Of a DNA stretch of 64,000 bases, positions 12,496 to 26,641 are shown piece after piece. The stretch's first letter is position 1, and each line of letters starts with the position of its first letter. The notes beneath the pieces are model-generated. The model did not search any database. It was not told the origin of the DNA and saw nothing but the letters and a program-made list of their open reading frames with translations. The position numbers were made by a program, and so were the translations under genes. The stretch is from positions 15,411,210 through 15,475,209 of the forward strand of contig NC_069369.1 of NCBI RefSeq assembly GCF_021730395.1. Direction: 5' to 3'. This stretch comes from Mercenaria mercenaria (Eukaryota).

Positions 12496-13429
12496 AAGGA
12501 AAAAAGAATGGCACAAAAATTAAGGCCCTGTTTATCAACAGAAAAACTTACTGGACTCAGATAATCATTTTTTATTCCTTTTGATATAAAAAAATCAAAA
12601 TAAATATGGAACAATGTGGACACAATGAATATTTATGTGAATCTGCACGAATAAAATGTGCATTAAATATATACATGAATGCAAAAAGCAAGCTTGTTTG
12701 AACCAACACCTCTATAAACAATTGGACATTTATGATAACAAAGGAGTATATAATGGAGGGACAAACAGCATAGACATGGGTAAAACCAATCCCCTCATAC
12801 AGAGTTGTCTTTTCATTCTGCCCAAGCTTACATGCATTTAGATAGATCCCTTTCTGGTTTATATTACATTAAGCACCTGATTCTGTGATATCATTCTTGC
12901 CAGTATGTGCATAAGGGGAGGAGGGGGGGGGGGGGGTAAGTTTCATAGACTTTGGTCAAGTCAAATCAGAAAATTAGACCCCAATAAGCAAGTTAAAATC
13001 CCTAATTTTATATCCTCAAAACTAACTGCTTTAACTGATATTAAGTGATTTCACAGTACAGTTCTCTGATTTGCTCATCCATTGGTAACTGGTCATAACA
13101 AGGCAACCTGACCATAATAAAGCAGTAGAAATATTTCCAACCAAATGTATATTTTACACAACCTTGTATGTTTGTTTAATATTTTACTCGCTAATTATTA
13201 TGTATATGGCTTGTTCATGGATATATATCAAGGACTCAGTGTGCTTTACATTCTAATTCATTAAAGCTTGATACCTTTAGTATCAAGTTTTTTTGCTTGC
13301 ATTTTGTTTTCTTGAATACTACTTCTGGCTTTTTTCTTCATAAAAACCAAAGATCATCCAGAGGAATGTCATACTAGATAAGGATTGTGCAGCTCATCAT
13401 GGAGGTTTTGAATACTGTAAAATCATTTA

Positions 13430-13625
13430 ATTTTGTGGGCATGAAATTTCGCGGTTTTGGTCAAAACGGCAATTTCGTGGGGACATGAATTTGTGGATTT
13501 CAACTTTCAAACATTAAATGAATGCGAATTTTACTTGTTCGTTGGGGTTAAATTTTGTGGATTAAATAAACCACGAAATCCACGAAAATTAGTCCCCCAC
13601 GAATATTAATGATTTCACAGTATAG
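13430..13625. repeat. Short dispersed inverted-repeat element (ttcgtggggac … gtcccccacgaa); a related fragment lies at about 42,150-42,240
   Basis: It has internal inverted repeats (aaatttcgcggttttggtcaaaacggcaatttcgtgg…ccacgaaatccacgaaaattagtccccc) and is followed by tgatttcacagta, which also occurs at 13,040 and 42,420. Confidence 0.35.
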
Positions 13626-14830
13626 TTTTATGTTCTGTAGCTGTCCTTGCAACATATTTGTACCTCCTTGAATGAAAGCTAAGGGCAACAACTCTGTATG
13701 AAAGATTGCAGTAAGACAGATACAATAATAATAGGAATCAAAATATCTTTTAAAGCTTCACCTGTTAACTTAAAATCTGTCCTATAAATTCAACCCAAAA
13801 CAAAGGTAATAAATGTAGCCAAAAATCACAGTTTTTACTATCTTTTCTTTCTGTTTTCCCTTAATTGCTAGTCAGACTTTCAAAAATTCTTATAGTATAA
13901 CAGAGAATTTGTACTTAAGCATTTCCATAATATGCAATTTATAAAACAGATTCATGTAGTTTATAAAACAGATTATTCGTATATTTCAAGGTCATACTTC
14001 ATGCATCCCTAGACCAAGGTGTTCTTTTTTCATTTGTAACTCAGCATTACAATACATCCAAATATGATGATATAACATTGGTGTAATTTACTCATGTAAT
14101 TATTTTATTAAGACACTATGAAATTTCATTTCACCCTTTCACTTCAGTTTAGATAAAAGTCTATTTTTTCACGGAAAATCATATAACACTAGCAGTGGTA
14201 AGGAAAAATGTTCTTTTTGTAGTTTAGCTTTCAAAGCAGTGTTTGTCATACAAGTTTGTATGTAAAGGATATGCTGGGTTACAAAACTGTTCCTTTTCCT
14301 CCGATACTGCTGTAAATCTTACCTATAATTGCAGCTGAAAATTGTACTCAACAAAATAAATACCTTATACATACATCTATCAACAAAAACTTTACAACAC
14401 TTTCACAGAAAGCACATTTAAAAACTAAATACACTTGCAAAATCTGTAGTTTTTACAATTAGCCTTTTTACATAGCAAATGTATAGATTGTCAATGGTTA
14501 ATTTAACATAAGCCACAATTTGTGCAACTATTTGCTCTATCTGTTCTTTGAACATAAAATTATTGGCGCATCAGCCTGCAGAAAACAAGAAAACTGAAAT
14601 CTAATCTTTAAGACTTTAAATATTCACCCATCGGTAATTCAGAATAGCAAATATCCAACACTTGATTTTTCAGAATTGCAAATATTCATTTTTTGATCAT
14701 TCAGAATTGCAAATAGTCACCACTTGATTATTAAAAAATTGCCTCTAAATCATACAGAATTGCAAAATATACGTCAAACAAAATACATTTAAGTTTTTTC
14801 TTTTTAAAAGAAAAATCACTTGACAATTAC

Positions 14831-15019
14831 CTTCTTCTTTCCTAGCATCAATATCAGCCTGCATATTCTGCATCATGTCTATAGCCCACTCTACCTGGTC
14901 TGTGCAGTCCTCTAGTGGGAAATCCTTCACACATAGCCACTGGGCAAACTCTAACAACAGCTCTATCTTCAACCATTCATTGCTCTGACTCTGTATAGTT
15001 GAATAATTATGCATCTTCA
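14831..15019 (-). CDS. Exon (…HNYSTIQSQSNEWLKIELLLEFAQWLCVKDFPLEDCTDQVEWAIDMMQNMQADIDARKEE); the 5' boundary is uncertain (15014 or 15019)
   Basis: Donor GAAG|gtaatt. Candidate acceptors are tttaaag|TG or gtgaag|ATG. The sequence is open and protein-like in only one frame. Confidence 0.5.
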
Positions 15020-15508
15020 CTTTAAAGGAACTTGTGCCAAAATAAGTATTGACTAGTAACATTTCAGAATAAATCCCTAATAAATCTACATACAAGTGAT
15101 AAATATACTCATTTTCTTACGCTGAAAAGATTACATCTTAATTGGGTTCAGAAATGTCTGAGTAATATAAGCTACAGCTCAAAAAGAGTAAATGACCACT
15201 TCCACAATAGCAGGCAGTGGTCTATGAGTACAAAATATAGGACTGGTTCCACAATCATGTATCAGATGACTGGGGTCTATGAGCATAACATATAAAACTT
15301 GCTTCATGATCATGTACCAGTCACTGAAATGCAACCCTACCTTTGCAATTTTATGTTTAACACAATACCTAAATCTAGACTTATAGCTTGACTCTGAGTT
15401 GTGCATTAGTTTGTACTGCCTGTTGTTCAAAAAACTAGGAAACTATGCAACATTTTTGAGATAATTTAAGGATTAGGCTGTCTATCTTCAGCATTCAACT
15501 GTACTTAC

Positions 15509-15616
15509 ATTAAGTGCCTCAATAGCATTCTGGTAAGACAGTAGTTGTTCAGCAGTCTCCTTTGACATCAGTGCAACACGTCTCCACATATGTGCCACAT
15601 AGTCCTCACTCTCATC
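15509..15616 (-). CDS. Exon (DESEDYVAHMWRRVALMSKETAEQLLSYQNAIEALN)
   Basis: Acceptor ttttag and donor AAT|gtaagt. The exon is 108 nt in phase 0, and only one frame is open. Confidence 0.55.
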
Positions 15617-16829
15617 CTAAAACATATACAACTGAATAATAAATACACAAAGAATATACACAGGTAAATATTTTCCTTTCTTTTTAACAGATATTTTTTT
15701 TCTTTTCAATTGGCTGCGGCCATGTTAAAATTTAAGAATATTATATTGGATATTATAAATCAGAATCTTATAAATTGTTAATGTCAAGTAATATGGTAAA
15801 AGTGACCTATAAAACCAAGCCAGTCCACTTCAGACATAATATAATTTTTCAATAATTACACATATTAAATAACATTATGTATTATTGCAACATTTACTAA
15901 GCATTTTTCTGAAATAAAGATTTTTAAAAGTTGTTCTTCTACCTGTCAGTTTATCAACTGATTCACACAATCATTTCCAGATATATATAGTGAACTGTGA
16001 CTATTAATTTCTGGTATCTGTGAGAAATCTAGATTTGTGTCTCTGGTGCCCCAACTTACTGTCACTGCATGGTCATACCAGCAAGACTAAGTAAAATTTC
16101 ATATTACCTTATTAATGTGTGTATGTATTGGAGCGAGAGGAATTTGTAAGGATAGTACAAAACATTAGCAAAAACATAAATCAAAAGAAACTGAAAGAGT
16201 ACAAAAAAACTTTTTTCTAAAAACAAAGTTCCTATAATGTTTCATAACTCAAAGTCAGATACTTTTTGAGATACGCAAAACACAAATTTGGACAAATTGA
16301 CAATCAAATGGATGGATATGCAGTTAGATAGGCATACAGACAAAAGCAAATCTAAGTACCCCCCAAAAATGTTGGGGTACATAAAAAATATGTCTAAGTG
16401 AAACTGAATTATAAAATAAAGAAAAATGTAATGCACACTGACAGTAAAAAGAGTCCCTGTGTACAAAGTAAATGTGATGAAAATACAATCTTTTTTTTTA
16501 ACTCTCTTTTACTCATTTTTTTTTGCATACAAGTACAAACTTTAAAAACAACAGTCATCTGTTTCTTTTTTAACAAGAAAGTCTGAAGTATCAAACTTTA
16601 ACCATTTTTTTATTAAAGATAACTCTGTCTTAAAATTTCTTAAGCAGGTGCATAAAAATAAAAATATATTAATAAAACAGACTTTAAGCATTCATCCCAG
16701 AAAAAAGTAAGGAACATTTAAGCAAAATAGAGAATTATGAACCCAAATTCATACTTTTAAGCAAATGCAAGTTGGCTAAAATGATTCCAAATGAAATCCG
16801 TACCACTGCCAAAATATTCTAAATATAAA

Positions 16830-18185
16830 AACAAGATCGCTCACCTGACCTATTGACCTAAAGATCAGATCATCAAGATTAACATTCTGACCAAGTTTCA
16901 TTAAGATATGGTCATAAATGTGGCCTCTAGAGAGTTAACTAGCTTTTCCTTTGATTTGACCTAGTGACCTAGTTTTTGACCCCACATGACCCAGATTCGA
17001 ACTTTTATCCTCCTTAAGATCATAAAGATAAACATTCTGACCAAGTTTCATGAAGATACAATCATAAATGTGGACTCTAGATTATCAACAATTTTTACCT
17101 TTGATTTGACCTGGTGACCTAGTTTTTGACCCCAATTGACCCAGATTGGAACTTGACCTTTAGATCATTCAGATTAACATTCTGACCAAGTTTCATTAAG
17201 ATATGGTCATAAATGTGCCTCTAGAGAGTTAACTAGCTTTTCCTTTAATTTGACCTGGTGACCTAGTTTTGACCCCACATGACCCAAATTCAAACTTGAC
17301 CTAAAGATTATCAAGGTTAATATTCTGACCAAGATTCATGAAGATACAGTCATAAATGTGACCTCTAGAGTGTTAACAAGTTTTTCCTTTGATTTTTTGA
17401 CCTGGTGACCTAGTTTTTGTTCCCACATAATCCAGATTCGAACTTGACCTAGAGGTCATCAAGACAAACATTCTGATTAAGTTTCATAGAGATATTGCCA
17501 TAAATGTGGCCTCTAGAGTGTTAATAAGCTTTTCCTTTGATTTGACCTGGTGACCTAGTTTTTGATCCCATCCCGCCTGACCCAGAGTTGAACTTGGCCT
17601 ATAGATGATCAAGATTAACATTCTGACCAAGTTTCATTAAGATATGGCCATAAATGTGCCTCTAGGGTGTTAACTAGCTTTTCCTTTGATTTAACCTGGT
17701 GACCTGGTTTTTGAGGCTATAGGACCCAGATTCAAACTGGACCTAAAGATCATCAACATTTACATTCTGACCAAGTTTGATGAAGATACAGTCATAAATG
17801 TGGCCTCTAGAGTGTTAACAAGTTTTTCCTTTGATTTGACCTGGTGACCTAGTTTTTAACCCCAGATGACCCAATATCAAACTTGTCCAAGATTTTATTG
17901 AGGGTAACATTCTGACCATGTTTCATTAAGATTGGGCCAAAATTGTAACCTCTAGTGTGTCAATAAGCTTTTCCTTTGATTTGACCTGGTGACCTAGTTT
18001 TTGACCCCAGATGATCCAATATCAAGCTTGTCCAAGATTTTATTGAGGGTAACATTCTGACAAATTTCATTAAGATTGGGCCAAAATTGTGACCTCTAGA
18101 GTGTTAACAGTCAAATTGTTGACGACGGATGGATGAACGACTGACGACGACGGACACAGGGCGATCACAAAAGCTATAATTAAGG
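16830..18185 (+). mobile_element. Tandem-repeat carrier element
   Basis: 5' aacaagatcgctcacc, about 10 tandem units of about 120 bp (…aacattctgaccaagtttcattaagatatggtcataaatgtggcctctagag…), and a 3' (gacgacgg)-rich tail. Confidence 0.55.
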
Positions 18186-18958
18186 AATAAAATGAGACTG
18201 AAAAGACCTGCCAATCTATGACACTTCAACAGTGACAAAAAGAGAGACATTATGCAGCCTGAAACCAGCAAAGAAACTGAATTTAGAGACCAGTCTCACA
18301 GAAGTAGCATCTGACTGGCTATTTATAGAACACTTTTGAAACTGACAAATGGCAAGGCTGCATTCCGAGACTGGTCTCCAAATTCAATTTTATATTGTAA
18401 AACAAAGGTGATCAAAGAAACCTACCAAAATATTTTGTGACTAGATAAGTCAAATATATAAATATTTTACAACAAACACACCCTTATCATATACTTCAAA
18501 CATTCATATTCATCATAAAATATTATTATAACAGTTTTTGCTCCTTCCATAAAGTAGTGATTTCACCCTGTTAATCTACTGACCACTGTTAATCAACCTG
18601 TACAGTTCAATGGCTGTAGGTATAAGTTTTCTCAAATTTAAGATTAGATATACTGAGCCCAAAAAGTATAAAGGGTTAGCTCAGTAACTGACCAAAGAAT
18701 ATCATTGGTAGTCTTATGTCAAGCATTCTCCAGTTATTGATTGTAAACCAACTGTTGGCTCATGGATAGACCTTGACTGTTGACCTATACTGGCCGTACC
18801 ATCATTACGCCCTTTAACCTCAAAATTATCTTGGTTATCTACCAACTGGAGTAAACATCCTATGATGTCAGACTGAAGTGTGCCAATGCAAACCCTAGTT
18901 ATTGACTGGAAATGATTTAGAACCTCAAGATCACTGGAACCTTGTCATTTTATCTGTC

Positions 18959-20225
18959 AACAAGAGCTGTCGGATGACAGCGCGCTCGACTATTCGAAGA
19001 ATTGATTGAAGAATGGGGTCAAAATATTTCCATAGATTTTCAGACAAAAGAAAAATATGGATTAAACAAAAAATGTTCCTGTATTTTTGGATTTCGATTA
19101 GTCTTGCACTAAATGGCAATGTGCAAGACCATGATGGCAAATATGTTAAGTTATATGTTAGGCAAAATATGGACTTGTATGAAAAATCTAACTAAATTCC
19201 AAGTCCAAAAAGGGTCATAATTCAGTCAAAATAGCTGACAGAGTTATGTACACTTGCCTACAGATGGAAATCATGTTGATATACTAGTGTTAAAAGTTTC
19301 AAAGCCACAGTTCAAATAGTTTTGACAAAAAATTCAAGTCCAAAAAGGGCCATAATTCAGCCAAAATAGTTGTCAGAGTTATGTACTCTTGCCTACAAAT
19401 GGAAATCATAATGATAAACAAGTGTTCAAAGTTTAAAAGCCATATGTCAAATAGTCTTGACAAAACATGGACATATACGAAAACAGAACCAATTTCCAAG
19501 TTCAAAAAGGGCCATAATTCAGCCAAAAAAGATGACAGAGTTATGTACTCTTGCCTTTTGATACAGACTATAATACTGAACAAGATATAAAAGTTTCAAA
19601 GCCATAAGTCAAACATTTTACACAAAATATAAACTGGTACGAAAAACTTAACCAAGATTTCTAAGTCAGAAGGGGCCATAATTCAGCCAAAATGCTTGAT
19701 GGAGTTATGTACTCTTGCCTACAACTGGACATGGTGATGGTAAACAAGTGTTGAAAGTTTCAAAGCTTTATCTCTAAAGACTTTGTCAAAATGTGGACTG
19801 GTACGAAAAACTTAACCAAGATTTCTAAGTCAAAAAGGGGCAATAATTCAACCAAAATGCTTGATGGAGTTATGTACTCTTGCCTACAACTGGACATGGT
19901 GACGGTAAACAAGTGTTGAAAGTTTCAAAGCTTTATCTCAAAAGACTTTGTCAAAATATGAACTGGTACGAAAAACTTAACCAAGATTTCTAAGTCAAAA
20001 GGGGCCATAATTCAGTCAAAATGCTTGACAGAGGTATGTACTCTTGCCTATAACTGGACATGGTGATGGTAAACAAGTGTTGAAAGTTTCAAAGCTTTAT
20101 CTCAAAAGACTTTGTCAAAATGTGGACTGGTACGAAAAACTTAACCAGGGTGTGACGCCGACGCCGACACCGACGCCGTGGTGAGTAGGATAGCTCTACT
20201 TATTCTTTGATTAGTCGAGCTAAAA
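18959..20225 (+). mobile_element. Tandem-repeat carrier element
   Basis: 5' aacaagagctgtcggatgacag, about 6 units of about 160 bp (…aaagggtcataattcagtcaaaat…gttatgtac…), a (gacgcc)n microsatellite, and the hairpin tagctctac…gtcgagcta. Confidence 0.6.
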
Positions 20226-22439
20226 ATGATAGATGTTTGCTAGTCACAGGAAATCATCATGCAAAGTGCATACTCCAGTTAAAAAACATATGGTTGACTG
20301 GCAAACAAAGAAATAGAGCGATGGACATAATGGTGAACATGAGCAAAAGAATACTGCAATGTCTCCCCCTCCCCACAAATGAATTGTCTTTATTTTATGA
20401 ATGCTTGAAGTATATATCTACACTATATCTATAAACTAACCAAATGACTTTCAACAGTTTCTAAACTGACCTCCAATTCTGTCTGCAGTCAGAAAATAAT
20501 CAATAATATCAAATTTAATCAGATCTTTTTTGTTTTGGTCTTAATTGCAACCCTCTCATCTAGTTATATTACAATGCAATAATATAGCTGTCTGCTACCT
20601 AAGTATCTACACAAATATGACATGGTAAACCCTGAAATCTGAAAGCCAATATTAAAAAATTGTCAGACTATAGTGAAACCTGTCTTAAGAGACCACTTAA
20701 GTGAGAGCAAAAATGTGGTCTTATAAGACAGGTGGTCTTTTAATACAGGTTCAATCTATATGAAATGTACTATAGAGGGACCTAAAATAAATGGTCTTAT
20801 AACACAGGTTTTGCCTAATATAGGTGGTCTCTTAAGCAGGTTTCCTTTCAAAATCACTGTTAATAGTGGAACTGAGAGATACAGTAGCTATAGAAACAAA
20901 CAATTTTTAGGAAGAAATACTTCCACCTAGCAGCTCTACTTCTAACAGACACTGTTATATTTGCTGCTCTCATCATCTGCTTAGACAGATGGACATTCCT
21001 GCATTTTTTTCAAGAGGAATGACTCCAGATGGTTAAAACAATAAAAATATTCATTTTTTTAAATTAGCTAGCAGTGTTTATTACATCTCTAAATAAACTC
21101 GTATCCATTGGTCAAAACTTCTACATTTCACACTGAATAAGTATCATTTTCAGTTTCAAGGATATTCCAAGCGGTATATAAGGTATAACGTATTGTACCT
21201 TCCGTATTGTATGCTGCCGGACTACTTTCATTAATATGCATGACCTGACAAAATTCTATAAATAGCACACATAAAACTTCACATAGTTCCATACACTGAA
21301 GATTTCGTTCAATAACAAAACAAGAAACAAAAGTTTACTCGAACCAAATACAGCATTCCGGATCGAGCTACTGTTATAATAATCCTTTTATACTAAGCTT
21401 TCAAAAAGTGTATTTCATATGTAAGAAAAAAAAGTAACAATATTAAGTTAAATGACATAAACAGGACGTTATACATTTTTGCATACTATTCCTATTCTGT
21501 CAAACTAATAAATGCTAATAAATCCATTGATGCTGGTTCCTACTTTTTGGTCTGAAAATGCTGCTTTATATAACAATACAATTGTTAACTCTTAAGCCAT
21601 CAGATATGATGTGATATTCAACAAAAGGCAGTAATAATGAACTCAGTTATTGTCTCGGTCATTACAGCCTTCTTCTGGTGACTATAACATCATATCTAAT
21701 GCCTTAATGGTATAAAATTAAGATATTAAAAATTATTTATCAATATTATTCAGTATGATATTTCATATAAAGTACAAGATAAAGAACATCTCAAATCCTT
21801 CTAATTCACTTGACTTTTCTACATTATTAATGTGACAGCACTAAGTGATCTAATATATTATCACAATGGATCACTTTGATTTTACTTTATTTTACACTTA
21901 CTACTGCATCATATCTTATACATTCTAATCCTGACCCTTTAACCAAATCATTCTTACAATGATTTACTACCTACTAGTATTTTTTTTCTAAACTGGCGTC
22001 TGTAAAATTAAGCCTTATTCTTACAATAAGCATAGAATCATTGTCAATTTCAAAAAGTTCTGCCTGCCTTGAAACACAACATAGTTTTCCATTGACTCTA
22101 GACTTAGCAAACACTTACCAAAGTTTGTTCCATCCATACATATTAAACATTTAAACAATGTAACATCTAAACATCAAAACACTTAAGTTACAACTAGCAA
22201 GGCTCTATCAGTTGTTGATCTATCCATTTTTCTTTTACAGTTACACATTTTTACACTAAGAAATAGCTTTGAAACTCAGTCATTTGAATTCTTTAAGTCA
22301 AATACGTTTAAAAGTATACATCTTAATGTCATATTTAAACTCAGAAAGTTTAACTCAAATGTATGAAATACTTGGACAGACTTCAAATTCTCGAGTTTCA
22401 ATAGTAATGCTACTAAGCTGACAACAGCAGACTAGATAC

Positions 22440-23135
22440 ACACAGGTTCCATTCATACACATTGGGTCCATTCATACACATTGGGTCCATTCATACACAC
22501 AGGTTCTATTCATACACTCTGTGACCCATTCATACATACTGGAACCACTCATACATACTGGGTCCCATTCATACACACTGGGTCCATTCATACACACAGG
22601 TTCCATTCATGCCCTCTGGAACCATTTACACACTCTGAGACCCATTCATACATACTGGGTCCCATTCATACACACTGGGTCCATTTATACATACTGTGTC
22701 CCATTCATATGCACTGGGACCATTCAAATACACTGGGTCCATTAAAACACACTGTGTCAATTCATACACACTGGGACCATTCATACACACTGGGTCCATT
22801 CAAACACACTGGGCCCATTCATACATACTGGGTCCATTCATACACATTGGGTCCATTCATACACATTGGGACCATTCATACACATTGGGTCCATTCATAC
22901 ACATTGGGACCATTTATACACACTGGGACCATTCATACACATTGAGTTCATTCATACACACTGTGCCCATTTACACACATTGGGACCATTCATACACTCT
23001 GGAACCATTCATTCAAATTGGGTCCATTCAAACACATTGGGTACATTCATACACAATGGGTCCATTCATACAAATTGGGAACATTCATACACATTGGGAC
23101 CACTCATACACACTGGCTCCATTCATACACTTTTC
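22440..23135. repeat. Minisatellite with a 19-bp unit (cattcatacacactgggtc), about 35 copies
   Basis: The period is visible by eye. Plus-strand track ORFs at 22481..23307 are all artefacts of the repeat. Confidence 0.8.
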
Positions 23136-24539
23136 ATTACCTCTCATTAAGACTTCAAACCAAGTATGCTATTATTTCTGCAACAGGGTATTCATATATA
23201 CTGGGACCATCCATACAGACTTGATATATTCTTACATACTAGCACCAATCATACAGGATATTCATTTATACAAGGAACATTCAAACAGTAATATTCATAT
23301 TGACTAGCAACATTCATACAGACTTAGGCACATACATTTTGACAAAAAGATGCTGGCAGGGAACACTCATGCTGCCTTGAACTATTCAGTACCACCTATG
23401 TCACTATATCTTGCCATATCTTGCTGATATGCTAAATTCCTAAAACTTACCAACTCATCCTAAGCACAAATATACAAAAACTAATATTATAAAACAAAAA
23501 TAAAATGTTATCTTCTTGGTTGTTTACGTACCACTTTTTTCAAGGTAAAAGGCTATTTGAAAACTATTTTTGCTCAATGTTTCTATTCTGAAGTTAAACT
23601 TAATTATGCAATATTCTAGAATACATTTACACAATTGTCAAGTAAGTTACACATTTAACCAACAACATATATCTTGTATATGGCTAAAATGGCAATTCTG
23701 TAGATCAGTCCAAAAGAACAAAATACAGGTGCTTAATTTTGCGTTTAAACCAATTATTTTTCATAACAAATGTCTAAAATGCATACTGCAAATTGTAGTA
23801 TTTCTGTGAAATAAATTTTTGTTACTTCCCATATTCATTCAGCATGACTGACTGTCCTGTATCTAATATTTTTTTAACTGTTTCTGGTTATTTAATCAAT
23901 AAAAGTCACCCTTTTAACATTACTCACTTGGCAAGTAACTACCAACTTCTTTACCTGTGATCAAAATGAGTTGGTATTCAAAATCACTTTGAAACCAAAC
24001 TTTATCTACAATAATATATTAAACATAGAATTTCTTACATGCAAATCTACCTTCTTTTACAGTATAAAGTACATCATAATAAATGGACTATTTCCCATAA
24101 CCAAACACACATGCATCTTTTAATTGAGCAGAGTGAGTAGGGTGGTTTGCACTTCTAGTTCAAATGGGTGTAAACCTTGCTATCTGGAACATTTGGAACA
24201 AATATGAAGACTAAAAATTTGATTTTAGAACAATCTTAATGATTTTAAGGCCTTAGAAGTTGCTTCTGGAAGTAAACCTGAAGAGCTTTAAACTGGCACA
24301 GAAAATATTTGGATACAATCTATATGATTCAATATTACAGACACTGATTTGGCACAATTTTAAAACTACTACTTCTGGGAATATATAAATTATAAAGGAT
24401 AAAAGATTGTGCTGAAAACATTTGATATAATTGCTCTTTTGAATAATTCAAATTATTATTGGTGCTTACATATAAAATAATACTGAAGGATATGAGGCTT
24501 GAAATAACTGATTTAATTCTAAAGTGATGGTGCTGAGAA

Positions 24540-25200
24540 TATTTCAAATTATTCTGAAAGATTTGCTGCTGATATTGTTAGGAATATTTCTGTGGGATCA
24601 AGATTTATTGCTGGGCATATATGGAATATTTCTGACAGTTGCGATTTTGTTTGAGAATATCTGAAATATTTCAGATGGACTGAGATTTGCTGCTTGGAAT
24701 GTCTGGAATATTTATGATGGATTGAGATTTGCTGCTGGGAATATATGGAATATTCCTTAGGGATTGAGATTTGCTGCTGGGATTGTCTGGAACATTTCTG
24801 AGGGATTGAGATTTGCTGCTGGGAATGTCTGGAACATTTCTGAGGGATTGAGATTTGCTGCTGGGAATGTCTGGAACATTTCTGAGGGATTGAGATTTGC
24901 TGCTGGGAATGTCTGGAACATTTCTGAGGGACTGAGATTTGCTGCTGGGAATGTCTGGAACATTTCTGAGGGATTGAGATTTGCTGCTGGGAATGTCTGG
25001 AACATTTCTGAGGGACTGAGATTTGCTGCTGGGAATGTCTGGAACATTTCTGAGGGACTGAGATTTGCTGCTGGGAATGTCTGGAAGAATTCTGAGGGAT
25101 TGAGATTTGCTGCTGGAAATGTCTGTAAGAATTCTGAGAGATTGAGATTTGATGCTGGAAATGTCTGGAACATTTCTAAAAGACTGGAGAATATGTTATC
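24540..25200. repeat. Minisatellite with a unit of about 41 bp (gattgagatttgctgctgggaatgtctggaacatttctgaggg), about 15 copies
   Basis: The tandem period is visible by eye. The 165-aa minus-strand and 147-aa plus-strand track ORFs are internally repetitive artefacts of it. Confidence 0.8.
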
Positions 25201-26039
25201 AATATGAAATTTGTTGTGTGTAAATACAGGTCCTTTATTCAAACTTCCACTCAAGAAGACTGGAAGGATGAATATTCTTTAATGTAAAATGTCTATCAAA
25301 CTGCATTTATTAAAACTTTTACTGTAAAACTATACTCCTGAGGTTGAAATCATTGAAGATGTAATGATAAAATAGGAGAAGATGGATTAAGGGGGATTTC
25401 AAACAGTAAAATACTGGTATAGTCGAGCAGAAGAAATGAGTATTCACTATTGGTTTAAGGCAGAGTGGCCAGGATTTGTAGAAGTGCAAAAGGTTGGTAA
25501 AAAACTGCTACCATAGCATATACATATAAACACTAGAGACCAGTCACTTGTGAAACACACGGAATGACTATATAGCAGCCAAATATGACCTTCACACTGC
25601 AATATATAACCTTCACTATCTAATGCTGGGCTATAAGGCCCCACCTGATATCATTTTACATACAAGTTTTATATACCCAGCACGAAGCAGGTTTTGAGGG
25701 ATTTTGTTGCCATGACAACATAAAAAGCTGTGCAATAACAAACCTTTTTCTTCTTTGACCGACTTGAATTAAGGTAACGCATCTCGTTCTAACAAATTAC
25801 AGTTTAAAATAACAGAAAATATAAGTTTTATATCCAAAGTTATAATGTTTGAAAAATTAGTTAAGAGAACTTTTCTGAAATTTATAGTCTTGCAGATTTA
25901 TTTAGGTCCAATATATGAATTCAAAACAATACAGAACATACGACATACAATCATTAAAAGTATGTTACTTTACAAATACACATGAGAAGTTAAGAATGAA
26001 AAGGAGTAAAAAGTATACATGTAGCATAACTTTACTGAC

Positions 26040-26115
26040 CTTGAACTTTTGAATATCCATGGCAACACTTCTTCCTAATTTGGCTTTGGTTATAACACGA
26101 TGTTTGAAAATCAGC
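26040..26115 (-). CDS. Exon (LIFKHRVITKAKLGRSVAMDIQKFK)
   Basis: Acceptor tttttcag and donor AAG|gtcagt. Its 1-nt start complements the 2-nt leftover of the exon at 26571. Confidence 0.45.
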
Positions 26116-26182
26116 CTGAAAAAAGTTATGTTTTACAGATTTTTTAATGAACTCTATCGTTACCACTGTGCTATGGATTACT

Positions 26183-26397
26183 ATTAACTTTTAGCCTGCT
26201 GGCGGCGAATAGTTCTGCCTTTGCGACCAGTGCAGACCAAGATCAGCCTGCACATCCGTGCAGGCTGATCATGGTCTGCACTGTTCGCTATTCAGTCAGT
26301 AAATTTTCAACAAACACCCCTTCAAATAATAAATGGTATTGCCCAAATTGAATGATGGACCATTCCATTTTAGAAATGTAGCAGGCTAAGGGTTAAC
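26183..26397. mobile_element. Palindromic MITE, copy 1 (TIRs ttagcctgctgg … ccagcaggctaa); a second copy lies at about 58,930-59,128
   Basis: An element of about 210 bp with terminal inverted repeats and an internal inverted repeat gcagaccaagatcagcctgcacatccgtgcaggctgatcatggtctgc. It is flanked by ttaac on both sides. The copy at 58.9 kb is about 90% identical. Confidence 0.55.
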
Positions 26398-26570
26398 AGA
26401 GTAAGCATCATTCTTCTATAAAGCAAACTTTATTAAAGATTACATGATGCATTATTTACTAGTTCTGTTTATTTTCATTTTTTTGTATTTTTTTTATGCT
26501 AAATCATAGTAGACTTCAACTAAGGCACCTTCCATCATATCTGAAGTCAAAGAGGAAAAGAGAAACTTAC

Positions 26571-26641
26571 AGCCTGTGTTTTGTACGAGGCATGTCTGTG
26601 ATAGCTTGATCCATGGCCTGTAATCCAGCTTCCCATTCTCC
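26571..26641 (-). CDS. Exon (GEWEAGLQAMDQAITDMPRTKHR)
   Basis: Acceptor ttattacag and donor GCT|gtaagt. All three frames are open, so the frame was chosen for phase continuity with its neighbours. Confidence 0.4.

Noticed and set aside
22481-23307. Plus-strand track ORFs of 154, 203, 94 and 74 aa (GPFIHTGSIHT…)
   Set aside because: They lie entirely within the 19-bp minisatellite, and the periodic peptide is a repeat artefact.
24757-25254. 165-aa minus-strand and 147-aa plus-strand track ORFs (…FQTFPAANLNPSEM… / …RFAAGNVWNISEGL…)
   Set aside because: Both are perfectly periodic translations of the 41-bp tandem repeat on opposite strands.
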